A stretch of DNA of 64,000 nt from a virus. The position numbers and the translations under genes are program-made. The notes beneath the pieces are model-generated. The model worked only from the letters and a program-made list of their open reading frames with translations, was not told where the DNA came from and ran no database searches. The number at the start of each line of letters is the position of its first letter. Position 1 is the first letter of the stretch. The stretch is taken from positions 128,001 to 192,000 of the IMG/VR virus record IMGVR_UViG_3300012642_000011, one strand, 5' to 3'. Shown one piece after another: positions 43,801 to 52,915 of the stretch.

Positions 43801-44947
43801 ATCGGGAAATCAAAGCATCGACTGCATTCATAGCCTGATTCAATCTACTGTAGTAGTTTCCAGAGATCACTTGATATTTCACACCTTGACTATCAAGCAG
43901 TGCTTTCAGTCTTTGAGATGACCTTTCTCTGACCTCTTGATCCCCAAACACGCGTGTACCATCATCCACCCATTCCACGTCGGGATCAAGGAACAACCAC
44001 AAATCAAACTTCTGAGACTTGGCAATAGCCTCAACAAGCGGTTGCTCAACATCTTCCCCTTCATACTCTACGCTGAAGTTCTGTGTCACATATGCTTCTG
44101 TGTCAACAAAAAGGATCTTGTTCGCTTCCTTTTGCTTTTTATAAACTTCATGCGCATGCTCAACAGCAATCTGTGAGAAGTCTTCAGGAAGAGTATTGTA
44201 GTCATTCATTTTCTCATAGAATGTTCTGCCGATTTCCTCCACATAACATGTTCCATACAGGGAAGCAAGATTCCTCACCATCGTGCTTTTCCCATTGGAT
44301 TCTGTGCCAACAATGACCACCTTCTTGACGAAATGCTCCCTGACTACAGAAGGAATCATATCCCAATGTTTAAGAACCCCATCCTGCCTTATTTTGGTAC
44401 CACTGATGTTGAACCTTGATCGCTGATGATCAATGATCACATGTGTTGCCTCTGGGTACAAACGCGCAAAGATGGAATCATACTCATATTCTGAAGAGAA
44501 AACCGCATCAATAGGCTTCCCGATAACATTTTTAATCCCATCAGCGCCCTTTTGCCAATCCTCAATATGACCAGTCTGTTCCTCGTAAACAGCGTGAACA
44601 TGAACATGAGGCATATCTTTAGTGATCTGTTTCCACCACCTGACTCTAAGTTTGTAATTGACCTTACTCACCTTGTTGTCTGCATACAGAGAATCTTCAT
44701 ATTTTTCATCATAAGAAACAATGATATGCAACTCTTTACACATAGTAGACGCCTGAATCATGGCATATAGGTGACCATTATGAGGGATGATGAATTTACC
44801 ACCATAGAATCCAACATCGAACTGATTTTCAATGACTTTGGACATTCCTGCATTTGTATCTTCTGTGATAACAATGGTCTCTGGTCTCAATTGGTTCTTA
44901 TCTTTCATCACTATTTCCTTTTCCAATTCAAGAGTGTTAGCAATCAT
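43799..44947 (-). CDS. nadR: NadR-type bifunctional NMN adenylyltransferase / ribosylnicotinamide kinase
   Basis: nucleotidyltransferase motif GGKFIIPHNGH and P-loop GTESNGKST; ATG at 44947 overlaps the pnuC stop (ATGA); track ORF extends further upstream. Confidence 0.75.
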   Translation of the reverse strand: MIANTLELEKEIVMKDKNQLRPETIVITEDTNAGMSKVIENQFDVGFYGGKFIIPHNGHLYAMIQASTMCKELHIIVSYDEKYEDSLYADNKVSKVNYKLRVRWWKQITKDMPHVHVHAVYEEQTGHIEDWQKGADGIKNVIGKPIDAVFSSEYEYDSIFARLYPEATHVIIDHQRSRFNISGTKIRQDGVLKHWDMIPSVVREHFVKKVVIVGTESNGKSTMVRNLASLYGTCYVEEIGRTFYEKMNDYNTLPEDFSQIAVEHAHEVYKKQKEANKILFVDTEAYVTQNFSVEYEGEDVEQPLVEAIAKSQKFDLWLFLDPDVEWVDDGTRVFGDQEVRERSSQRLKALLDSQGVKYQVISGNYYSRLNQAMNAVDALISR

Positions 44948-45708
44948 CACAAAACCTCTTCCTTCTGGTTTCCTGCGATCTTTCTCCAATTGATGTAGCC
45001 ATACACGCTGTTGACCAAGAAAGCAATCCACATCACAAGGATGGAAAGGTTGTTTCCTCCTTGCTCAATCATTGTCATGATCCACATGGTGATAGTCAAA
45101 ATATTAATCACAATCCATACAAGCCACTGCTCCACGAACCTATTGATCATAAGGATTTGTGCAACAATGCTGAGAACAGTGGTCACACTATCAAGGCCAA
45201 TGGATCTTCCACCAATAGTAGAAAGGAAGAAGGCATAGACCACACTGAGAGCAATAGTGGACGCCACGAGGATTGCCCACTTCTTGAGATCCATTTTCTT
45301 AGCAATGACCTGTTCTCCTACTACACTCTCTTTGCTCTTTACGGCATTCTTCCTCCACAGATAGAACCCGATAAACTGCATGGGGATGTAGAAGAGCCAG
45401 TTAAGCATTACTTCACCGTAAATGGCATATGTATAAGAGATGTAGCCATACAAGGCTGCTTGAATAAAGCCGAAGAAGTAATTACTGATTTTACCCTTGG
45501 CGACCAGAACTACACAGATCATTCCTGCCATGGCAGCAATCAGACTGATTACTGTTCCATCTGTGAACAGAAATACAGCAAGGTTGACCAAGAAAAAGAT
45601 GGTTATCCATACTCTTTCAAATATAGTCCATTCAGAAAGAGATCCAAAAATAGATCTCAAAACATTCTTTGTAGTGAATCGAGGTGTAGTAACTGTAGCA
45701 GTACTCAT
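44947..45708 (-). CDS. pnuC: PnuC-family nicotinamide riboside transporter
   Basis: polytopic membrane protein with PnuC-like W-rich helices; start MSTATVTT with RBS aaggag; track ORF 44947..45765 trimmed. Confidence 0.7.
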   Translation of the reverse strand: MSTATVTTPRFTTKNVLRSIFGSLSEWTIFERVWITIFFLVNLAVFLFTDGTVISLIAAMAGMICVVLVAKGKISNYFFGFIQAALYGYISYTYAIYGEVMLNWLFYIPMQFIGFYLWRKNAVKSKESVVGEQVIAKKMDLKKWAILVASTIALSVVYAFFLSTIGGRSIGLDSVTTVLSIVAQILMINRFVEQWLVWIVINILTITMWIMTMIEQGGNNLSILVMWIAFLVNSVYGYINWRKIAGNQKEEVL

Positions 45709-46103
45709 TTCTTTCTCCTTTGTTTTTGTTCTGCTGGCGATGGAGACCAAAACCCAGCAAGGCATTCATAACCAAGTTTTCTTGATCAACACTAATATAT
45801 CAAAGTGACTACTAAGAAATCGACTAAAGTGACAATCACCACAATATCTTGGTTTTTAGTGATATCAAACCGACAATTCCTTTTGATATGATTATGTATC
45901 AGTTTTTGTATCCAAAAAGAAAGGGGAAATAAAATGGATAATCTCCCTATGACAGATACCGAAGAGTGGGGAATCGAAGTCGCAAAGGAAATAGATGCCA
46001 TGATTCGAGTGCAATCCTCATTCAATATGTAATTGAGCCTCTCGACAACCTCTTATACTTTGCCATCTTCTTTAGAGAAAAAGACATCCATCAAGGAGGA
46101 ATA

Positions 46104-47558
46104 ATGGCAAAGAAATACCACATTAGCGACAATGGAGAAGTCGTAGAATGCAGAGCAAACAAGATCCCCTGCAAAAAACAGAACTTCAACTCACAACAAG
46201 AAGCAGAAGAGCATCTTGAATCTACTTTGGCTTCACCATTGTCAAAGTTCTCTCCATCAGGAAGCAGACAAAACGCACACCTGTCAAAAATGAGAGACAA
46301 GTATGGCACAGACCATATTCACTCCTATACTATGTCTTCTATTGACAAGCCAACCAATGAGTTGCTGTCTTCATTGTCCTCTGTAGGAAGCCCTCTCATT
46401 GTTGGTGGATCAGTCAGGGATTCTTTGGTAGGGTCAGAATCTAAAGACATAGACATAGAAGTACACAAAACATCCATGAATGCGTTGATTAAACACCTGA
46501 AATCATCTGGATATAACGTTAACGAAGTTGGGAAACAATTCGGTGTGCTCAAAGTTACAGGACATGGCTTAGAAGAAACAGATATCTCTGTTCCCCGTAA
46601 AGAAAATAAGGTAGGTTCAGGACATAGGTCATTCAATACTTCATTTGATCCCGAGATGAGCATTACAGAGGCTGCAGAGCGAAGAGATTTCACTTTCAAT
46701 GCCATCATGTACGATCATCAGAACAATGTCCTCATTGATCCAACTGGAGGTAAAGAAGACCTTGAAAACAAAGTTATGAGACATGTTTCTGACAAGTTCA
46801 CTGAAGATCCCTTACGAGTTCTCAGGGGAGCGCAATTTGCAACACGATTCAATATGTCTTATCACCCCGATACAGCAAAGATCTCAAAACAGATCAGGCA
46901 TGAGTACAATGATCTCTCCAAAGAGAGGTTGCGAGAAGAATGGGGTAAATTCCTAGAAAAAGGAAAAAATCCTCGATCTGGAATAAAAGCGCTTCAAGAT
47001 TCTGGGTGGGATGACATGACTACTGGATTGAAAGAATCCCTCTCATCTGAGCATACTCAACAATCTCTTGAGAGAGTTACAGAACAACCTAAAGAATACA
47101 GAGCATTGCTAGGATCTGCTGCTATCATGACAAACATGGAGAAGAAGAACAGAGAAAAATTCTCCACAACTTCTTTAATGTCTAAATCAGATGAAAAAGT
47201 CGCCATGGCCCTTTGTGATCTTCAAGATTCCCAATGGGAGAGCACCTATGATAGAAAAGTTGCAGCGAAGTCATTCCCCAAAGGAGTCGATTTTGAACTT
47301 GTACACAGGTATGCAACTGTGACAGACAACAGCGTTCTCAAAGATCACAGCCGGAAAGCAATTAGTGAAGGACTAGGGAAAGAGCCTGAGAAGGACTTGA
47401 TAACAGGATCAGACATCATGATGAAGACAGATCGCACACCTGGGCCTTGGATGGCACAACTTCTCAATGAGATCAGAGACAACCAGTACAAGAATAACTG
47501 GACTGACAGAAAAGATGCTTTAAACTACATGAACAAGAGACTGGAACAGATGACATAA
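46104..47558 (+). CDS. cca: CCA-adding tRNA nucleotidyltransferase fused to the shared N-terminal Cys module
   Basis: head-domain motifs LIVGGSVRDSLVGSESKDIDIEV, RRDFTFNAIMYD, DPLRVLRGAQFATRF; N-term MAKKYHISDNGEVVECRANKIPCKKQNFNSQQEAEEHLE; RBS ggagg; track ORF 45966.. trimmed to this ATG. Confidence 0.8.
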   Translation: MAKKYHISDNGEVVECRANKIPCKKQNFNSQQEAEEHLESTLASPLSKFSPSGSRQNAHLSKMRDKYGTDHIHSYTMSSIDKPTNELLSSLSSVGSPLIVGGSVRDSLVGSESKDIDIEVHKTSMNALIKHLKSSGYNVNEVGKQFGVLKVTGHGLEETDISVPRKENKVGSGHRSFNTSFDPEMSITEAAERRDFTFNAIMYDHQNNVLIDPTGGKEDLENKVMRHVSDKFTEDPLRVLRGAQFATRFNMSYHPDTAKISKQIRHEYNDLSKERLREEWGKFLEKGKNPRSGIKALQDSGWDDMTTGLKESLSSEHTQQSLERVTEQPKEYRALLGSAAIMTNMEKKNREKFSTTSLMSKSDEKVAMALCDLQDSQWESTYDRKVAAKSFPKGVDFELVHRYATVTDNSVLKDHSRKAISEGLGKEPEKDLITGSDIMMKTDRTPGPWMAQLLNEIRDNQYKNNWTDRKDALNYMNKRLEQMT

Positions 47559-47707
47559 CGATAAACGTTTGGTACAATAAGTACAGAGAGTTACTCTTGC
47601 GGTAGCATTGTTGACCACGGATTGAGAACGTGAAGTTGACACGCTACCGCTTTTGTAGTAACTTAAGAACTATCACAACACGAAGAAGAAAAAGGAGACG
47701 ATTTACT

Positions 47708-47974
47708 ATGGCAAACATGCCTCGCAACAAGAACAAGAGTACTAAGCGACTGACCATCAAGCAGAAGGGCGGAAGCAACTTCCTCATTTCTTACGATCTC
47801 GAATCTGGATCTACTCTTCCTGTAGGAAAATGGGACAATAAGGATATTGATGTCTCCAAGGGCGTAGGCAAGAGTCTTATGCTGGAAATTGGCAAGATGG
47901 TCAAGGATGGATTCATTCCGTCAGTACTTGTTTCAAGTAATGAAGGTTTTGTTATTTCCATCGCGGAGATCTGA
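47708..47974 (+). CDS. small basic hypothetical protein (88 aa)
   Basis: ATG after aaaaggagacg; in-frame part of track ORF 47630..47974. Confidence 0.5.
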   Translation: MANMPRNKNKSTKRLTIKQKGGSNFLISYDLESGSTLPVGKWDNKDIDVSKGVGKSLMLEIGKMVKDGFIPSVLVSSNEGFVISIAEI

Positions 47975-47977
47975 TCC

Positions 47978-48493
47978 ATGTCCAAACGAGATGATTATAG
48001 GACTTGGGATGACACATTCGTAGGAATGTCATTTGTCATCGCCGGAAGATCCAAAGATCCTCGAACTCAGGTAGGGGCAATCATTGTATCTGATGAGAAC
48101 AAAGTTCTCTCTGTAGGATACAATGGTGCCCCTCCTGGGCTATCTGATGACGATATGTATTGGGGTTCTTCAAGAGAATTCAATGACCCCCTGCAGACAA
48201 AGTATCCCTATGTCATCCATGCAGAAGAGAATGCTATCAGCAGTTATAAAGGCTACAAGAGAGATCTAGAAGGCGGGACAATCTACACTACTCATTTTCC
48301 CTGCAATGAATGCGCTAAAGACATTACCAAAGCGGGCATCAGAGAAGTTGTCTATGTCCACGATTATGAGTACCCCCTGAAACCTGCTGCTTATACTATC
48401 TTTACAAGCGCAAATGTACTTGTCAGAAAGATAGAAGAATACACAGGTCACACTATTCCCGCCTTGAATACAGGAGAAAAGGAAGTATCATGA
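47978..48493 (+). CDS. dCMP deaminase (cytidine/deoxycytidylate deaminase family)
   Basis: zinc-binding motifs HAEENAI and PCNECAKDI. Confidence 0.8.
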   Translation: MSKRDDYRTWDDTFVGMSFVIAGRSKDPRTQVGAIIVSDENKVLSVGYNGAPPGLSDDDMYWGSSREFNDPLQTKYPYVIHAEENAISSYKGYKRDLEGGTIYTTHFPCNECAKDITKAGIREVVYVHDYEYPLKPAAYTIFTSANVLVRKIEEYTGHTIPALNTGEKEVS

Positions 48494-48792
48494 TCCCAAT
48501 TATTATCATGTTGGCGTTCTTTGCAGGAATTGGAATCGGTGTTTATATTCCTTCCTTAATGGGGAAAAACACAGTTAAGCCTAATAACACTATTCAACTC
48601 AATGCACAGCAACGAGAAGCACTAGCATCCCTGTCAGAACACAAGGCAAGGCTGCTGGAAGAAGAGTCTGAAACTCTTTATGGAACAGGTATCATCTCAA
48701 CGGATATGCATACCTCCCATTCAAATGAGATTCAAACCTATAAAACACTGTCAAAAACTCTTCGCACGAGGAAAAGCATCTCCTCAAATTGA
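48490..48792 (+). CDS. small membrane protein (100 aa, one N-terminal TM)
   Basis: track ORF overlapping upstream stop (ATGA); MIPIIIMLAFFAGIGIGVYI. Confidence 0.5.
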   Translation: MIPIIIMLAFFAGIGIGVYIPSLMGKNTVKPNNTIQLNAQQREALASLSEHKARLLEEESETLYGTGIISTDMHTSHSNEIQTYKTLSKTLRTRKSISSN

Positions 48793-48914
48793 GAGACAAT
48801 TTGATATTTTCCTGTAAAAGAGAAGCCTTTTTGCTCTTATTGGTTGACAGCAAGAAACATATATGCCATACTGTCAACCAATAAGAGCAAAAAACGATCT
48901 TTAAGGAGAGTATC

Positions 48915-49994
48915 ATGGAATTTATCAAGTTGTGGTGGATGGCTTTTTGGAGACTGTCCTTTGTCAGCATCATCTTTTCTGAACATGGAAACGGTAGCGC
49001 ACCGTTTTTCCTTTCTCTTCTTTTTGCCACCATCATGATTGTTGGGTTCAAGAAGAGTCTTCACACATTCCCTGTTCTCAAGGCAACTAGAGGAGAGAAC
49101 CCTCTTATCAACCTTGAACTTGCTCCCACCATGCCCAATTCCCTGCCTGCCATCACCAACCTTCGCAATGATTACATGGCTAAGGAAGACATTGCTGTTG
49201 ATCACAACAATGATTTCTCTTACTCTCCTGTCTCAAACCTTCGAGACGACATCCGCCATCAGGACGAGATGACTTCCCCTGAGTATTCTGTTGAGAAAAA
49301 TTCTGCTGTCCGTGTACAGAGGTCATCCAATAAGGGTAGAATGACGGGATATGAGCCTTATCACATGGATAATACTCCTATCCCTTCATCTTCCAAGATG
49401 GTTGGCACACCGGGTGAGTCTCTTTCTTCTTCTTCCAGAATCTCTGAGAAGAACAAGGAAATGGGAACCAAGGGTGAGATGAATTTTGCCAAGGCTCTTA
49501 AGTCTACAGGAATCCTTGACGAAGTATACACCTTCTGGTCTGTTCCTATGCCTTCTGAGAGTCATCTTGACACCCCTGACAACAGACTGAATACAGACAT
49601 TGACTGCATCGTTGTCAGCAATGGTGCAATGTTCCTGATTGATTTGAAGTTTTATCGTTCAGGTGATGTCACCTACAAGAACGCAGGTGATAACAAGATT
49701 CACGCTGTAGACAATGTGACTGGCAACATTGTTGGTGATGATTACACCATGAGCAAGAACATGGAAATCGCTAAGGAGAGATTCTCTAACTTCTTCGGAA
49801 AGGCTATCGCTGTCAAGTCTGCTGTTGTCTTGATGCCCAACAACGATGGTGAGCCTATGGTAGCCAAGGATACACTCTGGACTGGTGACATTCCTGTTTA
49901 TAATCTCACTACGATGCTCAAGATGTTGAAGCATCAGAAGGGTGATACTGCACCTGAGGTTGTCCTTAATCCCCTCCGCGCTTTAAAGTGGTGA
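48915..49994 (+). CDS. membrane-anchored NERD-like nuclease-domain protein
   Basis: N-terminal TM helices; C-terminal DIDCIVVSNGAMFLIDLKFYRSGDV resembles the NERD core. Confidence 0.5.
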   Translation: MEFIKLWWMAFWRLSFVSIIFSEHGNGSAPFFLSLLFATIMIVGFKKSLHTFPVLKATRGENPLINLELAPTMPNSLPAITNLRNDYMAKEDIAVDHNNDFSYSPVSNLRDDIRHQDEMTSPEYSVEKNSAVRVQRSSNKGRMTGYEPYHMDNTPIPSSSKMVGTPGESLSSSSRISEKNKEMGTKGEMNFAKALKSTGILDEVYTFWSVPMPSESHLDTPDNRLNTDIDCIVVSNGAMFLIDLKFYRSGDVTYKNAGDNKIHAVDNVTGNIVGDDYTMSKNMEIAKERFSNFFGKAIAVKSAVVLMPNNDGEPMVAKDTLWTGDIPVYNLTTMLKMLKHQKGDTAPEVVLNPLRALKW

Positions 49995-50042
49995 CAATTT
50001 GTTAGAATACTCCATGTCAAACATCAACAGAAGGAGACAAAC

Positions 50043-50657
50043 ATGGAGAAAGATTCTTTCAAGGAAAAGGTCTCTAAAGACGCAGATCATGTCATCAATG
50101 AGGTTAAGGACGGATTGGACTCCCCTAAAGTGAGAAGCCTTTCTGAAAAGGTAATCCCTAACCAGAAGAAGACAGACAATGAAAAGGTTCAGGAGTTCTA
50201 TCGATCCTTCAACCAGCATGAATTCATGGGAACAAAACCATCTCTTGAAGACATGACAGAGGACCGCATCCACTTAAAGATGAAACTCATTCTTGAGGAG
50301 TTCGTTGAATTGGTGGAGGCTGTCTACAATAAGGAAAGTGCTGACATTATTCAGGAAGCATGGGATAGAATTCATTCCGAAGAAACCTATCAGCCTATGA
50401 TTAAAGACACCATTGAGATGGCAGATGCCACTGCCGACCTGAAGTATGTCATTGAAGGATTTAACATAGAAGCAGGCATCCCTGCTGACGAGATCTTTGA
50501 TGAAGTTCACAGATCAAACATGTCAAAACTAGATGAGAACGGAAACCCCATCATTTCTGATGGAAGCGTTTACCCTCTTGGAAAGATCCTTAAGAGCGAA
50601 AGATACTTTGCTCCTGATATCCTCGGTATCATCAACGAACATAAAAGGAATGCGTGA
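50043..50657 (+). CDS. MazG-like all-alpha NTP pyrophosphohydrolase (tentative)
   Basis: LILEEFVELVEAVYN...EMADATADLKYVIEG...EIFDEVHRSNMSKL pattern of MazG/HisE-type NTP-PPases. Confidence 0.45.
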   Translation: MEKDSFKEKVSKDADHVINEVKDGLDSPKVRSLSEKVIPNQKKTDNEKVQEFYRSFNQHEFMGTKPSLEDMTEDRIHLKMKLILEEFVELVEAVYNKESADIIQEAWDRIHSEETYQPMIKDTIEMADATADLKYVIEGFNIEAGIPADEIFDEVHRSNMSKLDENGNPIISDGSVYPLGKILKSERYFAPDILGIINEHKRNA

Positions 50658-50664
50658 TAATAGC

Positions 50665-51336
50665 ATGAAGAAAAAGTCTATCACATCAGCAGTAGTCCTC
50701 ATGGGGTCTCTTCTTCTTTCTGGGTGTTCATCATCTGGCTCAGAGCCAATTGACATGAATGATGCACAAACAGGGATCACTACTTTTTACAATAACTACG
50801 CTGAAAAGATCTCATCTGAAGATTTCAATACTGCCCCAGTGAATGATTTCCTCAAATCTAAAATTGACCACAAGGAATCAAAGGATTACTCTGCAACTGT
50901 AGTAAAAGAGATCTCTAAGATGAGCAAGAGTGATCTTGATTCCCTCAATGAGAACATCAACAAGACCATCAATCTGGATGATTTCGTTGAAGAGGAAGAA
51001 TTAAATACAAAGCAGAAAGCAATCCTTGGGTACATGCTGGTTGCAGATTCTTCACGATTGGCATCTTTGAATGTTTCTCCTGAAATCAAGATGGCAGATG
51101 ATGCCATTGCTTTGACTGGTGATAACAAGATTACTATCAAGACAGATGCAGGAGACAGGGTAATCAAAGAGGAAAAGGGGTATGTCAAAGCATACTCTGA
51201 TTCCATCACTGATGCTGCTGGTACGCCTGTTGACATCATGAACCTTGATGTGATATACTTTGATAAGAATTCTGATGGAAACTGGAAGATCAGTGGAAAA
51301 GAAACCATTGATATGATGGAATCTATCAGTAAATAA
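50665..51336 (+). CDS. lipoprotein (lipobox LLSGC)
   Basis: ATG at 50665 after aagga; MKKKSITSAVVLMGSLLLSGCSSSG signal peptidase II signature. Confidence 0.65.
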   Translation: MKKKSITSAVVLMGSLLLSGCSSSGSEPIDMNDAQTGITTFYNNYAEKISSEDFNTAPVNDFLKSKIDHKESKDYSATVVKEISKMSKSDLDSLNENINKTINLDDFVEEEELNTKQKAILGYMLVADSSRLASLNVSPEIKMADDAIALTGDNKITIKTDAGDRVIKEEKGYVKAYSDSITDAAGTPVDIMNLDVIYFDKNSDGNWKISGKETIDMMESISK

Positions 51337-51636
51337 TGATGTTACACAACTGAATATGTAATCCATCAGCAGCCTTGAGAAAGGCTGCTGACATGGGCTT
51401 GACAGGTTTCGATTGGCAACGAAAAAAGTCAGATGCAAGTCACCTTTGGGTAAGAGGTGTAAAAAAGATCCAAAAAAATAATTGCAAACTCTGCAAAGAA
51501 CGATTTCGCCCTAGCTGCGTGATCCATCAGTGTGGTAACTCTGGTTTCTGGTCCACACTGGTGTCGCTTTAAGAAACCACCATCATTCCTTCGCCATAGG
51601 GGAATGAAATGGTACAATATGGCAACATCTATGAAA

Positions 51637-51738
51637 GGGTCTGCCATCGCTTTCATAGATTACTCAATGGCAGTAAACTTGTGAACGAATCTTTCTTTGG
51701 AAATTGTCAAGACCCCGGTTCGATTCCGGGCAGGTCCA
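51637..51738 (+). ncRNA. over-long tRNA-like element (about 102 nt)
   Basis: 5' gggtctg pairs 7/7 (one G:U) with 3' caggtcc after a canonical T-arm cccgg-ttcgatt-ccggg; contains a D-arm-like tact-caatggc-agta; no canonical anticodon arm; about 28 nt longer than a type I tRNA. Confidence 0.35.
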
Positions 51739-51768
51739 CTCTCAATTTAAGGTATTGGTGATGAAAAG

Positions 51769-52851
51769 ATGCGGAAAGACTCTGCGTGGAAATCTTCGAT
51801 TGTACAAACATTAAAAGAAAACGCTAATCTTATCACTGCATTCACTGCTCTTGTAGTGTTGTTCAGTGGAATTGCCATCGTCAACAATCCTTCTCAATGG
51901 TGGGTGCCACTTATAGGTATATCATCCATCTTCCTTATAATTTTCTTGATGATGAACGCTAGAGTCATCATCAAGTCTACTGTAGCATTCATTGCTATCA
52001 TCTTACTTGCTTCCTTTGGGTTACAATTAGGATTCTTCTATGACCCCCTTGGCTCTGCAGGATTCTCATGGATGTCAATAACTATTGCTATCCCTCTTGC
52101 ACTCTTAGGAATCAGTTATCTCTTCCCCAGAGGAAGGAGTAGGTGGGGATCTCTTACCGCATCATCAATTGCTGGTTTCTTCACCACATATATCCTCTTA
52201 TTTGCACCATTGAATATTTATATTAACATTCTGATCGGTGCATTGGTCAACATAGCATTCTTCCTTGTCCCCTACTATGTCTTTGGCAAAACCAGATACA
52301 AAAAAGACATCATGCCTCAGAATGGTCTAACCAAAAATGCTTTGAATAGCATTACAACTGGTCTAATGAATGATGGATGGAACGTATCAGTTCTCAATTA
52401 TGATGAAGAATCAAATGAGGGTCAGGTATTGACATGGAAGGACAATAAAGCATTCCTTCTAGTGCCTTCTGTGTTAGACAATGAACTGACTCTTATTGGA
52501 AGCGCTAAAAAGCCTTCGCTTGGTTACAATGGAAAATCAATAAATCCATGGTTACTCAATATAATTTATAACAAGATCCCTTCATTGAGGTCAAAAAACG
52601 CCCCAATCACAGCTGTGATCTTGGATATGAGAAGTTCCAATGGAAATAATGCAAGATCTATTGGCGCATCTCTTCCTGACACAAAGAAAAGAATCCCCGT
52701 CGTGATTTCACCTGCTCTCAATGCAATCCAAAACAATAGAAAAATGGCTGATGTCATGGACATGATTGTACGTGAATCATCTGAATATTCCCATGATCTC
52801 AAGCCAAAACACCTGAAGGCGCTCGACAAGTTCTCTCGTCTATCTCTTTGA
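51769..52851 (+). CDS. polytopic membrane protein with C-terminal soluble domain
   Basis: 360-aa track ORF; N-terminal 190 aa almost entirely hydrophobic helices. Confidence 0.55.
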   Translation: MRKDSAWKSSIVQTLKENANLITAFTALVVLFSGIAIVNNPSQWWVPLIGISSIFLIIFLMMNARVIIKSTVAFIAIILLASFGLQLGFFYDPLGSAGFSWMSITIAIPLALLGISYLFPRGRSRWGSLTASSIAGFFTTYILLFAPLNIYINILIGALVNIAFFLVPYYVFGKTRYKKDIMPQNGLTKNALNSITTGLMNDGWNVSVLNYDEESNEGQVLTWKDNKAFLLVPSVLDNELTLIGSAKKPSLGYNGKSINPWLLNIIYNKIPSLRSKNAPITAVILDMRSSNGNNARSIGASLPDTKKRIPVVISPALNAIQNNRKMADVMDMIVRESSEYSHDLKPKHLKALDKFSRLSL

Positions 52852-52915
52852 TAGAATAGAAGAACAAGAACCGGATCAAGAAAATATTCTGATCCAATGA
52901 AACATTGGAGTGCAT

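Noticed and set aside
52910-52915. GTG start for the dnaE N-piece, as in the ORF track
   Set aside because: An ATG two codons downstream (52916) has better spacing to the ggag RBS. The GTG remains possible.
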